Positions 11,301 through 21,238 of a stretch of DNA of 64,000 nt are shown here, in pieces. The stretch lies in the IMG/VR virus record IMGVR_UViG_3300008107_000034. The stretch is one strand, 5' to 3'. Each line of letters starts with the position of its first letter. Positions within the stretch are counted from its first letter, which is position 1. The translations under genes were made by a program, and so were the position numbers. The notes beneath the pieces are model-generated. The model had not been told where the DNA came from. It worked only from the letters and a program-made list of their open reading frames with translations, and did not search any database. This stretch comes from an uncultured virus (IMG/VR IMGVR_UViG_3300008107_000034) (lineage: Duplodnaviria; Heunggongvirae; Uroviricota; Caudoviricetes).

Positions 11301-12151
11301 ATAAGGTGACCTATGCATCAGATACAACAGCAGCAGTTCCTGGTGCCGCATTAAGTGTTGCTCGTAGATATGTTGCTGCAACAGGAAACTCAACAGCAGG
11401 ATACTTTGGTGGTGGCGAACCTGGTCCAGTATCAACAATGGATAAGGTCACTTATTCATCAGATACCACAGCAGCAGTCCCTGGTGCCAGATTAAGTGTT
11501 GCTCGTAATGGTCTTGCTGCAACAGGATCCTCAACAGCAGGATACTTTGGTGGTGGCACTGTACCTCCTAGTTTTTATTCAACAATGGATAAGGTCACTT
11601 ATTCATCAGATACCACAGCAGCAGTCCCTGGTGCCGCATTAAGTGCAGCACGACATGGTGTTGCTGCAACAGGAAACTCAACAGCAGGATACTTTGGTGG
11701 TGGTGCTTCCCCTAGTTTAGTATCAACAATGGATAAGGTTACTTATGCATCAGACACCACAGCAGCAGTTCCTGGTGCAAACTTAACTGTTGCTCGTTAT
11801 CTTCTTGCTGCAACAGGAAACTCAACCGCAGGATACTTTGGTGGTGGTTCACCTACATCATCAATAATGGATAAGGTCACTTATGCATCAGACACCACCG
11901 CCGCAGTTCCAGGTGCCGCATTAAGTGTTGCACGTTTTGCTTTTGCCGCAACAGGTAACTCAACAGCAGGATACTTTGGTGGTGGTTTTAGTGGTAGCAT
12001 AAGATCAACAATGGATAAGGTTACTTATGCATCAGATACCACAGCAGCAGTTCCTGGTGCAGCATTAAGTGTTGCTCGTAATGGTCTTGCAGCATCAAGT
12101 GCCAGAGCAAATGCACTTCCAGAAACAGCACCTGGACCATTTGTTGTATAA
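8360..12151 (+). CDS. Kelch-like multi-beta-propeller protein A (24 blades, 4 x 6)
   Basis: 24 GY(F/Y)GGG-x(n)-STMDKVTY-...-LSxAR repeats, grouped in sixes by ASSARANxLP Pro-rich linkers. Confidence 0.8.
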   Translation: MADTRGVFSLKLAYKIKRLDEWVPLNDVWLLAPIPNTGYFGGGVVPGPAVQSAMDKVTYSSDTTAAVPGARLSVARYTLAATGNSTSGYFGGGSSVGPNYSTLDKVTYSTDTTIALPGSGLLSVARSALAATGNSTAGYFGGGSTPAPATYSTMDKVTYSTDTTAAVPGAALSIPRQGLTATGNSTAGYFGGGFSSISTMDKVTYSSDTTAAVPGAALSGGRRGAASTGNSTAGYFGGGRQPTNVDLTTMDKISYSNDTRTTLPSTGSLSAARNYLSATGNSTAGYFGGGGASPRSTMDKLIYSSETTAAVSGAALSAARYGLAASSARANSLPELPLQSGPSLRFSDATPSPNTGYFGGGGFPARSTMDKVTYSSDTTAAVPGAALSIARYLLAATGSSTAGYFGGGGFPIRSTMDKVTYSTDTTAAVPGAALSVARSGLAATGNSTSGYFGGGGGGGSRSTMDKVTYSSDTTAAVPGAALSAARYGLSATGNSTAGYFGGGSGPRSTMDKVTYASDTTAAVPGAALSAARYALAATGSSTAGYFGGGNTPGPVLYSTMDKVTYSSDTTAAVPGAALSVARDTLAATGSSTAGYFGGGAPGPLSTMDKVTYASDITAAVPGASLSVARYGLAASSARANALPQPPAATPTPATVFASSPNTGYFGGGSPGPVSTMDKVTYSSDTTAQVPGASLSAARYGVAATGNSTAGYFGGGLAFPAIYSTMDKVTYSSDTTAAVPGAALSVARAYLAATGNSIAGYYGGGRVSPNNYSIMDKVTYSTDTTAAVPGAAFNPARGEFSATGNSDAGYFGGGTSPGGTLSTMNKLTYSTDTNSAIPSASFSTTIGGTGSTGNATDGYFGGGAPGPLSTMNKVTYSTDTRSTVPGAVLSAVRYFLAATGNSSAGYFGGGNPGPRSTMDKVTYASDTTAAVPGAALSVARNTLSASSARANALPQTFETPSFAPTPNTGYFGGGSPVASTMDKVTYASDTTAAVPGAALSVARRYVAATGNSTAGYFGGGEPGPVSTMDKVTYSSDTTAAVPGARLSVARNGLAATGSSTAGYFGGGTVPPSFYSTMDKVTYSSDTTAAVPGAALSAARHGVAATGNSTAGYFGGGASPSLVSTMDKVTYASDTTAAVPGANLTVARYLLAATGNSTAGYFGGGSPTSSIMDKVTYASDTTAAVPGAALSVARFAFAATGNSTAGYFGGGFSGSIRSTMDKVTYASDTTAAVPGAALSVARNGLAASSARANALPETAPGPFVV

Positions 12152-12179
12152 TTAGTGGTATAATAATCAAAAAGACTAT
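12146..12179 (+). promoter_or_regulatory. Extended -10 promoter-like junction (TGGTATAAT), copy 1
   Basis: gtataattagtggtataata overlaps the stop of propeller A; near-identical to the junctions after B and C. Confidence 0.55.
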
Positions 12180-12833
12180 ATGACTTTAATGATTGGTCTT
12201 CCCTGCATGGGAGGAATTGTGAGTGAAAAAACAACTCTTGGACTTTTCAATCTAGGGAAAGCACTAGTCCGTAACAATGTTCATCACGGACTCCTGACCC
12301 TGACAAACTCTTCTCTGATTACTCAGGCAAGATCTAAGGTTGCCAACTTTTTCATTAACAATACAGAACACGAGTATCTCTTTTTCCTGGATAGTGACAT
12401 TGGATTTAATCCAGAAGATGTGCTAAAATTAATGGCACATCAAGTTCCAATTGTTTCTGGTGCCTATCCAATGAAGATCATCCCAGAACGATACTGTGTA
12501 GATATCGTTCAACCAGAAGAACGACACGGAGATCTAGTCAAGATCAATGGAAATGGAATGGGATTTGTTCTGATTCATCGACAGGTGTTTCTAGACATCG
12601 CAAAACAATATCCAAATCTTAAATACATTCCATCAGACTATCATTCTGATACTCCACATACTCCAGCAGAGATGAATAATTCTTATCATTACTTTGCGGA
12701 GCATCAGAGTCAGAATGGATTTATGTCAGAGGATAAGAGTTTTTTCCACAGAGCACAATCAGTCGGTTATAGTATCTGGTTAGACACAACAATCAAACTG
12801 AATCATACTGGTTATCACATTTATCAAGGATAG
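12180..12833 (+). CDS. GT-A fold (family 2-like) glycosyltransferase
   Basis: LFFLDSDIGF DxD motif, GMGFVLIHRQVF, SEDKSFF, LNHTG. Confidence 0.75.
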   Translation: MTLMIGLPCMGGIVSEKTTLGLFNLGKALVRNNVHHGLLTLTNSSLITQARSKVANFFINNTEHEYLFFLDSDIGFNPEDVLKLMAHQVPIVSGAYPMKIIPERYCVDIVQPEERHGDLVKINGNGMGFVLIHRQVFLDIAKQYPNLKYIPSDYHSDTPHTPAEMNNSYHYFAEHQSQNGFMSEDKSFFHRAQSVGYSIWLDTTIKLNHTGYHIYQG

Positions 12834-12837
12834 TATT

Positions 12838-14541
12838 ATGGCAACTCAAATTACAGGTGGAACTGAAAAATGTTATATTCGATTGGCAGAACATTATCAG
12901 TTACCTGAAAATGTTTTTGTATCACACTTACCAGAAGAAATTAAAAAATCGAATCATCAATATAAAATTCTTTGGGCACATCATGCTTATGATCAACCAA
13001 TATTTTTAAATTTTGATCATACAATTGTAGATCATATTGTATCTCCTTCTCAATGGAATAAGGATCAGTTTGTAAAATACTTAAATGTTCCTGAACACAA
13101 AATTACAGTAATTCCAGTTGGAATCTATGATATTTTTTCACATTCAATTCAAAAAACAAAAACAATGATCTTTACTTCAATTCCTTATAAGGGTCTTGAA
13201 GTATTATCAAAAGTGATCCCATTGATCCAACAATTTCATCCAGATACAAAGTTTAAGATTTTTTCTTCGATGTCTTTGTATGGAATTTCAAATGATCCTT
13301 TTATTGAACTTTATGAACATATTAAAACATTACCAAATGTAGAATACTCCCGCGCAGTTACTCAGGAAGAATTAGTAAAACATTATCAAGAGTCTGCATT
13401 TTTTATTCATCCGAATATTTGGGAAGAAACATTTTGCCAATCAATGTGTGAGGCAATGCGTTGTGGTGCTTATCCAATCATCACAAATATTGGAGCACTC
13501 GCAGAGGTTGCTGGAGAGAAGAATGCAACTGTGGTTCCAATTGAAGGTGAGAATACATCCAAAGGTTGGAAGGTCACTGAGAATTTCCTGGTTAACTTTG
13601 CTAATGCCTGTTGCCTGGCATTGGATTATTATGAAAAGGAACCGAAGTTCTATCAAGAAGTTTCTAAGATCATTTCGGATTATGTGACCGAAAAATATGA
13701 CTGGAAAAAGATTGCAGAGCAATGGAAAAATCTGATTGATACGATACAAAATAAAAGTGTAGAGAAAAGACCAGTGTATTATTGTATGGTAAGCACTCAT
13801 GATACAGAGCAATACACTAACTTGGCAATTGATTCTTTCTTCAAAAATACTGATTTAAATGAACATGATAAATTTTTCTTAATTGATAATGACAATCAAT
13901 ATCAACTTTCAAATTATCAAAATAAAATCACTGTAATTTCAAATAATACTCCAAAAACTTTTGCGGAGAATATGAACTTTATCATGAAACTTGCTGCTGT
14001 TGATCGAGTTGACTTTTTTGGTTTAAGTAATGATATAGTTTTTACTGAAGACTGGAATCAAAACTTCACTGCTAGAAACAAAATTTTAGTTCCATTGTGT
14101 AACCAAAAATTACCTGGAGAATATGGGAGTTTGAAAATTAAATCAGTGATGGATATTGAAGATTATGATAATAAAGAACAGGAGTTAAATACATTTTCTA
14201 AGTTGATCGATTCAAAAACATTAAATCTTAATAAAACAATTATTGGATTTTATTGTTTTTATATTCCTTGTGAAGTTCTATTAAAAGTTGGATTTCTAGA
14301 TGAAAACTTTAAGAACGGTGCTGAAGATACGGACTATCGATTAAGAGCACAACAACTTGGATTTGATGTTGATATTAACTGCGAATCTTATCTACTTCAT
14401 TTTTGTGGTAAATCAACTTGGAGAGGATCTGAATCAAAAGAAGTAACCTTAGAGCGAGAAAAAAATTATCGAAATTATTTTGAACAGAAGTGGGGAAAAG
14501 AAATTGCTAATCAAGTTCTTGCTCAAAGTTGCGTCTCTTGA
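12838..14541 (+). CDS. Two-domain glycosyltransferase (GT-B/GT4-like + GT2-like)
   Basis: FTSIPYKGL and HPNIWEETFCQSMCEAMRCG (GT4 ExF-x5-E); C-terminal LSNDIVF and VGFLDENF...EDTDY (GT2). Confidence 0.8.
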   Translation: MATQITGGTEKCYIRLAEHYQLPENVFVSHLPEEIKKSNHQYKILWAHHAYDQPIFLNFDHTIVDHIVSPSQWNKDQFVKYLNVPEHKITVIPVGIYDIFSHSIQKTKTMIFTSIPYKGLEVLSKVIPLIQQFHPDTKFKIFSSMSLYGISNDPFIELYEHIKTLPNVEYSRAVTQEELVKHYQESAFFIHPNIWEETFCQSMCEAMRCGAYPIITNIGALAEVAGEKNATVVPIEGENTSKGWKVTENFLVNFANACCLALDYYEKEPKFYQEVSKIISDYVTEKYDWKKIAEQWKNLIDTIQNKSVEKRPVYYCMVSTHDTEQYTNLAIDSFFKNTDLNEHDKFFLIDNDNQYQLSNYQNKITVISNNTPKTFAENMNFIMKLAAVDRVDFFGLSNDIVFTEDWNQNFTARNKILVPLCNQKLPGEYGSLKIKSVMDIEDYDNKEQELNTFSKLIDSKTLNLNKTIIGFYCFYIPCEVLLKVGFLDENFKNGAEDTDYRLRAQQLGFDVDINCESYLLHFCGKSTWRGSESKEVTLEREKNYRNYFEQKWGKEIANQVLAQSCVS

Positions 14542-14589
14542 AATTACCCTATATAATATGATAAAATGTCTATACATTTGACAGAAGTT

Positions 14590-15441
14590 ATGACTAAAGA
14601 AAATTTTGCATTGACTTATACACCAATCAACGCACAAGAAGCAGTTCTGAATGATGATTACCTGGCACAGGCATCTCAGAATGTTTTTGCCTGGGAAGAA
14701 AGTGATAAGGAAATGGCACAGGGAAGAACCAACTTCCAAATTGAAAAGTTCATTGGTCTGAATACTCATAATATCTCTGTATCTTTCGAGCACATTCTAA
14801 AAGAACGTCGTATCATGGCATCGGGATACATGTTCAAACTCATCGAAATGAAAGAGAGAGTTCGTGAGTTTGAGTACAAGTGGAACGATAAGGATAAGAC
14901 TCAACCCATCATGTGGGAAACTGGTGGTCCTGGTGGTGGTAAGAAACTCTGCTGGTATGATCTTGAAGAACTTGAACTAACTCATTATCTGAAAGGTAGT
15001 GAGATGGAAATTCGTGATCGTCTACACCAGATGCAGCACCTGGATAAGATGCTTGCAAAACTGGTCGAACAGAACGGTGGTACTCCTCCTACCAGAGAGC
15101 AGTTCCTGGAAGAGAACCAAGAGTATTGGGATACTCGTCTTGCAGAACAGGCACTGGACGATCTGATGGCAGCACAGACTGGTATCTCTGGTGCAAACCT
15201 ACAGGCAATGCGTCGTGCATCTGCTCCTGCAATGGTTGATCCAAGAAACAATTTCAAGGAAGGTTATCTGCCAATGAATAAACTTCTTGATCATCAGGGA
15301 AGAATGGAGTTTATCAATGATCTTCAGGGTAAAGTGATGAGAGGTTATGAGAAGATCACTGGTGCTGATCTTGGTTATGGTGCCGCAATCAAACCTGCAG
15401 AAGAACAGAAAAAGATTTCTGGAACCTATACCGAAGAATGA
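14590..15441 (+). CDS. Hypothetical helical/coiled-coil protein
   Basis: ~283-aa ORF; start probably ATG 14590 (GAAG upstream; ATG 14566 overlaps a -10-like element). Confidence 0.7.
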   Translation: MTKENFALTYTPINAQEAVLNDDYLAQASQNVFAWEESDKEMAQGRTNFQIEKFIGLNTHNISVSFEHILKERRIMASGYMFKLIEMKERVREFEYKWNDKDKTQPIMWETGGPGGGKKLCWYDLEELELTHYLKGSEMEIRDRLHQMQHLDKMLAKLVEQNGGTPPTREQFLEENQEYWDTRLAEQALDDLMAAQTGISGANLQAMRRASAPAMVDPRNNFKEGYLPMNKLLDHQGRMEFINDLQGKVMRGYEKITGADLGYGAAIKPAEEQKKISGTYTEE

Positions 15442-15944
15442 CCGAACAGATCATTATCGTTGATGACCTTTATGATATTGCACACCAGTATCATAAAGGT
15501 TTTTTTGAAAACCAGTGTGTGATTACTGATGAGACTGTAGGAAAAATCTCACAGATCATTGGGAATCCGATTGAAATTATATCAGCATCCAATCAAACTG
15601 GAAGTCTTCCTGGTGTAGTTGCACACCTTGAGTGTGATTGGATCGCTCTGATTTATTTGACTCTACCTCTTGAGTCATTTGGTGAGTTTGGAGTCAAGTT
15701 TTACTCTCACCTTGCAACGGGATTAGAAACATTTCCAACAAAGGAAGAGATGATTCAATATCAGATTGATGAGAGTCAACTGAGTCAAGTCTTCTCTTCT
15801 GATCTGAGTTTGTGGAAAGAGTACGGTAACATTCCTGCAAGGTATAATCGAATGGTTTTGTTCCGCGGAAATCGTTGGCATTCTTATGAGAGTAAACTAA
15901 ATAACTCTATGCTTTATCAGAAGATAATAATAAGAAATGCCTGA
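15438..15944 (+). CDS. Divergent 2OG-Fe(II) oxygenase-like (DUF6445-like) protein
   Basis: IIIVDD start, HLE..W.ALIYLT, YNRMVLFRGNRWHS; paralogous to 19802-20416. Confidence 0.6.
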   Translation: MTEQIIIVDDLYDIAHQYHKGFFENQCVITDETVGKISQIIGNPIEIISASNQTGSLPGVVAHLECDWIALIYLTLPLESFGEFGVKFYSHLATGLETFPTKEEMIQYQIDESQLSQVFSSDLSLWKEYGNIPARYNRMVLFRGNRWHSYESKLNNSMLYQKIIIRNA

Positions 15945-18900
15945 TACACGGGGGGTTTTTGGACTATTTGATGTTGTTGATAATTCATTAGCAGGAGATT
16001 ATGTTCCGCTAACTGATATATGGGTTTCACCATCACCACTACAATCAGTAGCATCAAATACTGGATACTTTGGTGGTGGTTTTGCTCCTGGTGCTTATTC
16101 GACAGTAGATAAACTTAATTATTCTACTGATATTACTGCGGTAGTTCCTGGTGCTGCATTAAGTGCTGCTCGTTATCAACTTGCTGCAACAGGAAACTCA
16201 ACAGCAGGATACTTTGGTGGTGGTTTTGCTCCTGGTGCTTATTCGACAGTAGATAAACTTAATTATTCTACTGATATTACTGCGGTAGTTCCTGGTGCAT
16301 TCTTAAGTGTTGCTCGTCGTGCTCTCGCTGCAACAGGAAACTCAACGGCAGGATACTTTGGTGGTGGTCTATTTCCTGGTGTTCCTGGTACATATTCAAC
16401 AATGGATAAGTTGACTTATTCAACTGATACTACAGCAGCAGTTCCTGGTGCCGCATTAAATGTTGCTCGTTTTGGTTTTGGTGCGACAGGATCCACAACA
16501 GCAGGATACTTTGGTGGTGGTTTTGAGGGATCTCCAAGATCGACAATGGATAAGGTTACATATGTTTATGACACATGTAGTCTCATTCCTGGTGCAAACT
16601 TAACTGTTGCTCGCTATTCTCTTGCCGCAACAGGTTCTTCAACAGCAGGATACTTTGGAGGTGGATTATCTCCTTCTAACGTATCTACGATGGATAAACT
16701 TACATATTCATCAGATACAACTGCTTTAGCACCAACTAGCGCAAATTTAAGCACTGTACGTAGTAGTCTTGCTGCAACAGGAAACTCAACAGCAGGATAC
16801 TTTGGTGGAGGAAATTCACCTGGCGTAAGTTCGACGATGGATAAGTTGACTTTTGCAACAGAAAATACTTCAGCAGTTGCTACAGCAGCTTTAAGTATTC
16901 CTCGCAATACTCTTGCTGCACTGAGTTCAAGAGCAAATGCACTGCCGGGAGTAGTAAGTACTTTACCATCATCTGCATCATCAAAATTTATTGATGGAAC
17001 TTTATCTCCACAAACAGGATATTTTGCAGGTGGTGCTTCCAGCGCCACAGTTGATAAATTAAACTATTCAACAGATTTAACTGCAGCAATTCCTAGTGCT
17101 TTTTTTGCGGTTGCAAGAGCTCAACAAGGTGCAACAGGTAACACAACAGCAGGATACTTTGGAGGTGGATTTGATTATAGTATATCAAATTTTGTTTCAT
17201 CGGTACAGATAATAACTTATGCGGCAGATACAAATGCAGTAGCACCAACCACAGCATTTTTTAGTTCAATCAACTATGGTCTTTCCGCAACAGGAAACTC
17301 AACAGCAGGATACTTTGGTGGTGGTAGTCCTGGCACTAGAATGTCTAAATTAAGTTATAATTCAAATACTATGTCTGATCTTCCTGGAGCAGCATTAAGT
17401 ATTAGTCGCAGTAAACTTGCCGCAACAGGAAACTCAACGGCAGGGTATTTTGGTGGTGGATTTAATAATATATCAAGAATGGATAAGGTCACTTATTCGA
17501 CTGATACTACTGCAGCAGTTCCTGGTGCTTCATTAAGTGCGGCTCGAGCCGCTCTTGCTGCAACAGGTAACTCAACAGTAGGATACTTTGGTGGTGGTTA
17601 TTATTTTACGGGATCTGCATTTAATTATCATTCAACAATGGATAAGGTCACTTATTCTACTGATACTACTGCAGCAGTTCCTGGTGCTGCATTAAGTGCT
17701 GTTCGTTATGGTCTTGCCGCAACAGGATCTTCAACAGCAGGATACTTTGGTGGTGGTGGTACTTCTGGTCCTGTAAGCTCAACAATGGATAAGGTCACTT
17801 ATTCATCAGATACCACAGCAGCAGTTCCTGGTGCCGCATTAAGTGTTGCTCGTTATGATCTTGCCGCATCAAGTGCCAGAGCCAATGCATTGTTTCAACC
17901 ACCAGCAACGACAGTAACACCTACAATTTTCAATGCATCTGTACCAAACACTGGATACTTTGGTGGGGGAGGTCCTAGTCCTTCAACATCATCATCAACA
18001 ATGGATAAGGTTACTTATTCATCAGATACTACCGTAGCAGTTCCTGGTGCTTCATTAAGTGTGGCACGTCGAGGTTCTGCTGCAACTGGAAATTCAATAT
18101 CAGGATACTTTGGTGGTGGTATTGTATCTCCTAATTTATATTCAACAATGGATAAAGTGACTTATGCATCAGATACAACAGCAGTAGTTCCTGGCGCTGC
18201 TTTAAGTGCTGCTCGTAAATACCTTGCCGCAACTGGATCTTCATCCGCAGGATACTTTGGTGGTGGTAATCCTGTGGCATCGACAATGGATAAATTGACT
18301 TATTCATCAGATACCACTGCTGCGCTGCCAGGTGCCTCATTAAGTGCTCGTAGTGGTCTTGCTGCAACAGGTAACTCAACATCAGGATACTTTGGTGGTG
18401 GTTTTCCTGGTCCATTAACAACAATGGAAAAGGTCACTTATTCGACCGATACTACATCAGCAGTTCCTGGTGCAGCATTAAGTATTGCTCGCTATTCTCT
18501 TGCCGCAACAGGTTCTTCAACAGCAGGATACTTTGGTGGTGGTGTTCCTGCATCATCGACAATGGATAAGGTGACTTATTCAACTGATACTAGATCAACA
18601 GTTCCTGGTGCCGCATTAAGTGCAACACGTTATTCTCTTTCTGCAACAGGATCTTCATCCGCTGGATACTTTGGTTGTGGTTTTAGTGGTGCCATAGTGG
18701 CAACAATGGATAAGGTTACTTATGCATCAGATACCACAGCAGCAGTTCCTGGTGCCGCATTAAGTGCTGCTCGCACTTATCTTGGAGCAGCGAGTGCCAG
18801 AGCAAATGCACTACCTCAACCGACTTTTCAGACAGGAACAATATTTTCAAATTTTGGATATTTTGGTGGTGGTATTGCTTCTTTCGTATATTCAACAATG

Positions 18901-19776
18901 GATAAGGTTACTTATGCATCAGATACAACAGCAGCAGTTCCTGGTGCAGCATTAAATGGTGCTCGTTATAATCATTGTGCAACCGGAAATTCAACAACAG
19001 CATATTTTTCTGGAGGTCCCCAGCCAGGGTCTAGTTCGGATTATTCTTTAATGGATAAAATTTATTATATAACAGATACAAAAACAATTATATCTGGATC
19101 CAGTATAACCAGAGATCGTAGAAATATTGCTGCAGTAAGTTCTCCAGCAGCAGGATACTTTGGTGGCGGTGGTTTTCCCGCTGCACCTGGACCATATTCA
19201 AATGCAAGTAAACTTACATATTCTACTGAAATTATTTCGCAAATTCCTTCCTTAAGTTCTCCTCGTTATGGTGCTAGTGCAACAGGAAACTCAACTGCAG
19301 GATACTTTGGTGGTGGAAATAACTTTACTCCACTTCCAGGTGCAAGAACAACAGTAGATAAGATCACTTATTCAAATGATTTTATATCAGCACTTCCCAC
19401 TGCAGGATTTTTAAGTGTTGGTAGTAATGTTGCCGCAACAGGAAACTCAACAGCAGGTTACTTTGGTGGTGGTTTTGTTAATCCCAATGCATATTCAACA
19501 ATGGATAAATTAACTTACTCCACTGATACAAGATCAACAATTCCTGGTGCCTCATTAAGTGCTGCTCGTGATAGTGTTGTTGCAACATCATCTTTAGTGG
19601 CAGGATACTTTGGTGGTGGTGGTTCAAGATCAACGATGGATAAGGTCACTTATTCCATTGATACAACAGCAGCAGTTCCTGGTGCATTTTTAAGTGTTGC
19701 TCGTAATAATTTTGCAGCATCAAGTGCAACTAGTAATGCATTACCAGGTAATTCACAAATATCATTTAACGTATAA
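15937..19776 (+). CDS. Kelch-like multi-beta-propeller protein B (24 blades)
   Basis: Same repeat and 4 x 6 grouping as A; N-terminus MPDTRGVFGL. Confidence 0.8.
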   Translation: MPDTRGVFGLFDVVDNSLAGDYVPLTDIWVSPSPLQSVASNTGYFGGGFAPGAYSTVDKLNYSTDITAVVPGAALSAARYQLAATGNSTAGYFGGGFAPGAYSTVDKLNYSTDITAVVPGAFLSVARRALAATGNSTAGYFGGGLFPGVPGTYSTMDKLTYSTDTTAAVPGAALNVARFGFGATGSTTAGYFGGGFEGSPRSTMDKVTYVYDTCSLIPGANLTVARYSLAATGSSTAGYFGGGLSPSNVSTMDKLTYSSDTTALAPTSANLSTVRSSLAATGNSTAGYFGGGNSPGVSSTMDKLTFATENTSAVATAALSIPRNTLAALSSRANALPGVVSTLPSSASSKFIDGTLSPQTGYFAGGASSATVDKLNYSTDLTAAIPSAFFAVARAQQGATGNTTAGYFGGGFDYSISNFVSSVQIITYAADTNAVAPTTAFFSSINYGLSATGNSTAGYFGGGSPGTRMSKLSYNSNTMSDLPGAALSISRSKLAATGNSTAGYFGGGFNNISRMDKVTYSTDTTAAVPGASLSAARAALAATGNSTVGYFGGGYYFTGSAFNYHSTMDKVTYSTDTTAAVPGAALSAVRYGLAATGSSTAGYFGGGGTSGPVSSTMDKVTYSSDTTAAVPGAALSVARYDLAASSARANALFQPPATTVTPTIFNASVPNTGYFGGGGPSPSTSSSTMDKVTYSSDTTVAVPGASLSVARRGSAATGNSISGYFGGGIVSPNLYSTMDKVTYASDTTAVVPGAALSAARKYLAATGSSSAGYFGGGNPVASTMDKLTYSSDTTAALPGASLSARSGLAATGNSTSGYFGGGFPGPLTTMEKVTYSTDTTSAVPGAALSIARYSLAATGSSTAGYFGGGVPASSTMDKVTYSTDTRSTVPGAALSATRYSLSATGSSSAGYFGCGFSGAIVATMDKVTYASDTTAAVPGAALSAARTYLGAASARANALPQPTFQTGTIFSNFGYFGGGIASFVYSTMDKVTYASDTTAAVPGAALNGARYNHCATGNSTTAYFSGGPQPGSSSDYSLMDKIYYITDTKTIISGSSITRDRRNIAAVSSPAAGYFGGGGFPAAPGPYSNASKLTYSTEIISQIPSLSSPRYGASATGNSTAGYFGGGNNFTPLPGARTTVDKITYSNDFISALPTAGFLSVGSNVAATGNSTAGYFGGGFVNPNAYSTMDKLTYSTDTRSTIPGASLSAARDSVVATSSLVAGYFGGGGSRSTMDKVTYSIDTTAAVPGAFLSVARNNFAASSATSNALPGNSQISFNV

Positions 19777-19801
19777 TTAGTGTTATAATATTCAAAAAAC
19801 T
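19761..19801 (+). promoter_or_regulatory. Extended -10 promoter-like junction (TGTTATAAT), copy 2
   Basis: 38-nt exact match to 25060-25097. Confidence 0.55.
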
Positions 19802-20416
19802 ATGAGACGTAATATTATTGTCATTGATGATTTCTATTCAAACCCTGATGAGATTCGACAGTTTGCTCTGAATGAATCATATCCAGAACCAACGGATGGG
19901 TACACTTATCCTGGAAAGAACTCAAGAGACGGTTACTACCCAGAATCACTACATCAAAAGTTTGAGTCAGTTCTGAATCGTAAACTGACTCCTGCACAAC
20001 CAAACGGATATTTTCGTTTGTCATTAGAGACGGATACCTACCGTCAGGATGTTCATGTCGATCCTGTCTGGGAGTTTGGTGCCGTCTGTTATCTCAATCC
20101 ACCAGAACAAGTCATTAATGAGGGTGGCACATCATTCTGGGTCCATAATAAAACTCATACAGAAACCTGTCCACGCACAGATGATGAAGCAAAGTATCAT
20201 GGATACTCATCGGCAAAAGAAGCATGGTGGACAACAGTTTATGGTGAAGGTTTAGATCGTTCTAAATGGACTCGATACTTGCTTTCACCCATGAAGTATA
20301 ATAGAATAGTCATATTCAAAACAAATCTGTGGCACTCTCATAATTATAACTTCGGAACCAATCTACAAAATGGTCGTCTAGTTCAATTATTTTTCTTTAA
20401 TCCTACTGAATGGTGA
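19802..20416 (+). CDS. 2OG-Fe(II) oxygenase (DUF6445-like)
   Basis: IIVIDDFYSNPD, HVD facial motif, GGTSFW, YNRIVIF..LWHS, RLVQLFFF. Confidence 0.75.
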   Translation: MRRNIIVIDDFYSNPDEIRQFALNESYPEPTDGYTYPGKNSRDGYYPESLHQKFESVLNRKLTPAQPNGYFRLSLETDTYRQDVHVDPVWEFGAVCYLNPPEQVINEGGTSFWVHNKTHTETCPRTDDEAKYHGYSSAKEAWWTTVYGEGLDRSKWTRYLLSPMKYNRIVIFKTNLWHSHNYNFGTNLQNGRLVQLFFFNPTEW

Positions 20417-20417
20417 T

Positions 20418-21236
20418 ATGAATAAAACTTATTATTTTATGGCAGGTCTTCCACGATCTGGCAGCACTCTATTGAAAAGTATTTTGAATCAGAATCCAGA
20501 ACTTCATACAGAACCAGTGAGTCCTGTCATGGAACTGATGTATTGGAACGATCATTACTTTTCTGATAGTGAGCAGTATCTTGGGTATCCAAAACCAAAA
20601 TCGGCACATCGGATTGTTTCCACGATCATTGAAGACTACTACTTTGATGTGGAGAAACCTATCATCATCGATCACTGTAGGGCATGGAGTAATAATATTG
20701 AACGCATCAAAACTTATATCACACCAGAACCAAAGATTATCTGTCCTGTTCGAAACATCACAGAGATTCTGACTTCCTTTATTACCATGATCCGACGCAA
20801 TTCAGATCAGGTTTCTTTTATTGATCAGCACCTGATTGAAAAAGGATATCCAATCACGGATGACAATCGGTGTCACTATCTGATGAGTAAAGAAGGTATT
20901 GTGGAACAGGCACTCTGGGCACAATCACAGGCATTCATTCGTGGTGATCAAAAGCATCTGTTAATGGTTGAGTATGATGATTTGATTGAAAAACCCAATG
21001 AAACCATGAATCGAATCTATGAGTTTCTGGGAGTAGATTCTTATACTCATAACTTTGATCACATTGAGAATACACATCGTGAGATTGATGATCAGTGGTA
21101 TCTCAAAGACATGCATCATGTTCGTGGTAAATTGGAAAAAGTGTCCTCAAAACCAGAAAGTATTTTGAGTGATGAGATTCTAAATAGGTATAGTAACTTG
21201 GAATACTGGAAGTATTCTAATCATAAGTATTATTAA
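20418..21236 (+). CDS. Sulfotransferase
   Basis: GLPRSGSTLL 5'-phosphosulfate-binding loop, KIICPVR, VEYDDLIEKP...IYEFLG. Confidence 0.85.
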   Translation: MNKTYYFMAGLPRSGSTLLKSILNQNPELHTEPVSPVMELMYWNDHYFSDSEQYLGYPKPKSAHRIVSTIIEDYYFDVEKPIIIDHCRAWSNNIERIKTYITPEPKIICPVRNITEILTSFITMIRRNSDQVSFIDQHLIEKGYPITDDNRCHYLMSKEGIVEQALWAQSQAFIRGDQKHLLMVEYDDLIEKPNETMNRIYEFLGVDSYTHNFDHIENTHREIDDQWYLKDMHHVRGKLEKVSSKPESILSDEILNRYSNLEYWKYSNHKYY

Positions 21237-21238
21237 TA

